A DNA stretch of 64,000 nt from positions 63,426,001 to 63,490,000 of the forward strand of contig NC_043003.1 in the NCBI RefSeq assembly GCF_006345805.1, in the 5' to 3' direction. Origin of the DNA: Octopus sinensis. Lineage: Eukaryota. The translations under genes and the position numbers were made by a program. Shown here one piece after another: positions 62,086 to 64,000 of the stretch. The number at the start of each line of letters is the position of its first letter. Position 1 is the first letter of the stretch. A model generated the notes under the pieces. It saw nothing but the letters and a program-made list of their open reading frames with translations. It did no database searches and was not told where the DNA came from.

Positions 62086-62131
62086 ATATATATATATAAA
62101 TATATATATATATGTAAATGTAATATGTGAC

Positions 62132-62201
62132 AATTATTCAGTAGCCATGATAAAACTCTGAGTTTCGGATGCCAGAGTTTTATCATGGCTACTGAATAAT
62201 T
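62132..62201. repeat. Perfect 29-bp inverted repeat, 12-nt loop
   Basis: AATTATTCAGTAGCCATGATAAAACTCTG + AGTTTCGGATGC + exact reverse complement. Confidence 0.95.
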
Positions 62202-63167
62202 TACAGATAAATTCCTCTATTTACATAATATCGAGGTTTCTTTCATTCTTTTGTTGTCTTACCATTTTTATCAATATATATATATATAGACTGGAGCCTG
62301 GTGCAGCCTTCTGGCTTCCCAGAACCCCGGTCGAACCGTCCAACCCATGCTAGCATGGAGAACGGACGTTAAACGACGATGATGATATATATATATCAAT
62401 ATATATATATATACACACACACAGAGAAAGCATTACCATTGAAAAAAGCATAAATATATGTAGGAAATAAAGTAATGAATTTGATGGGGAGTAGTCCCTC
62501 TCAGAAAAAGTGGATTTAGATAAAAGTTTTATGTGCGTGCCTGTGTGTGTATGTGTACACGTGCTTGTGTGTGTGTGTATGTGTCTGTTTAAAGATAGGT
62601 ATATAAAGAACTCCAATGTATAGAAACAAAAAGTAAATAAGTAAAAATATGCATGGCAAATGAGAGTGATAAAATGTGACGGAATCCAAAACAATGAGAG
62701 AGAGAGAGAGAGAGAGAGTGAGTGAGAGAGAGAGAGAGAGAGAGTGAGAGAAAGAGAGTGAGAGAGGGAGAATGGGGACAAGGATCTGATGCAGAGTTAA
62801 CCTCTGAGCTATTGTTGGAGATTATGGATCAAGTTTTTTTTCATTTGCAAAATATGCATTTTTTAAAAGGAAGTAAAAAATCTGAAAATCAGCTATAATA
62901 ATGTAGCCTTCCAGTCTCATTGCTTTGAAGGGATGATGTTGTGGAAGAAAAAAAATTGGAGAAAAAAGTTACAGAGGTTTAAAAATCGAAAAAAAAACTG
63001 TATTTTTTTTATGAATAGAATTAACCTACTTGAAATCATAAATCCAGCTGTCTGAGTCAATGAGTCCCAAAATTATATGAAATGAAAAATAATATGTAAT
63101 AATACTAACACACAGAAGGAGAAAAAAATATGTAATACACTAACACAGAAAAATTAAAACAAAATAC

Positions 63168-63255
63168 GTGGGTGAAAAGATTCTCGTGGTGTGAAGAATC
63201 AAGTGTGAAAAATCAACATAGACAACAGCGGCACAGACGACAGTGAACCACAACT
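63168..63255 (-). other. Candidate non-coding first exon of a minus-strand gene
   Basis: Lies just downstream (minus sense) of the X-box and CCAAT motifs. Donor CAC|GTATTT at 63168/63167 is followed by a T-rich intron-like tract. The start position is a guess. Confidence 0.35.
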
Positions 63256-63264
63256 CAGCATACG

Positions 63265-63310
63265 GTTGTCATGGTAACAAGCTGCTAATGCCACGCTGTC
63301 TGTTGATTGG
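63265..63310 (-). promoter_or_regulatory. RFX X-box plus CCAAT box
   Basis: GTTGTCATGGTAAC at 63265-63278 fits the X-box consensus GTTNCCATGGNAAC with one deviation. ATTGG at 63306-63310 reads CCAAT on the minus strand. Octamer motifs lie near 63407 and 63467. Confidence 0.5.
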
Positions 63311-63479
63311 TTAAAATTACTCAAATTTCCCGACTTTGATTACAAATAACATCAGATTGTTTAATTTACGAGATAAATTAATTGGTTGATCATAATCAAA
63401 ATTCAGATTTGCATTGATACACCAAAATTGAAAGCAACCTGAGCAAAATAAATGGGAGCTCATTAATGCAAATGAGAAA

Positions 63480-63880
63480 GACTAGATCTGAAATTATTTA
63501 CAGCTGAGTGGATGGAAGGAACAGGAAATGAAATATATTGCTCAAGAACACAATGCATTGCCTGGTCTGGGAATTGAAACAAAGACTTTATGATTATGAA
63601 TGCAGCACCTTAACCACTTGGCCACTCACCTTTACAATTCTGTCAACATTTTGCCCTAAATAATTGTTTCAAATATAGACATGAGGCCTGCAATATTTTT
63701 GTTCAGGGGTGGTAAAATACCAGTAAAATACTTGTGCTTTATCAAGCTTGTAAAAATAAAAGACAAAGCTGACCTTGGTATGATTTGAACCCAGAACCCA
63801 GAAAAGGGTAAAGAGCTGGAATAAATGGCATGAAGCATTTTGTTTCATATTCTAATTGTCTTGCCAATTCACTGCTCATG
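63480..63880 (-). mobile_element. Degenerate SINE copies (family C head and family A)
   Basis: GGTGAGTGGCCAAGTGGTTAAGG...GTTTCAATTCCC head on the minus strand, followed by a family A remnant. Confidence 0.6.
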
Positions 63881-64000
63881 ATAATAATTTCTAATGTTGA
63901 CAATAGATTTGTGCAGAGGAATGGACTAGTGGGGGAGGAGGAGGAGTTAGTCGAATAAATTGTCCTTCCCCCTCCACTACTTGGAGGGATTAAACACGAA

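Overview
This is AT-rich, repeat-saturated animal genomic DNA, almost certainly from an octopus (coleoid cephalopod). The assignment rests on SINE and RTE-tail sequences recognised from memory, not on a database search. Most of the window is transposon debris and microsatellite. It contains tRNA-derived SINEs of at least three families, RTE, CR1, R4/Dong and Penelope retroelements, Tc1 (DD34E and DD36E), mariner, maT and Tigger DNA transposons, hAT MITEs and a Helitron-like element. Most ORFs in the supplied track are microsatellite translations. No complete host gene can be assembled with confidence, and there is no rRNA, true tRNA or CRISPR array. The best host-gene candidates are a plus-strand exon encoding a signal-peptide-bearing, neuropeptide-precursor-like ORF (41573-41814) with possible partner exons, and an RFX X-box/CCAAT promoter with a possible minus-strand first exon near 63.2 kb. 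The most striking non-coding patterns are: several minimal type I hammerhead-ribozyme-like motifs from at least three repeat families (one with a G3-C8 compensatory core), a series of near-perfect fold-back inverted repeats, and a tandem array of a short R4/Dong-like element sitting in (TACA)n. Repeat boundaries are approximate (about 10-30 bp) unless a TIR or TSD is quoted.
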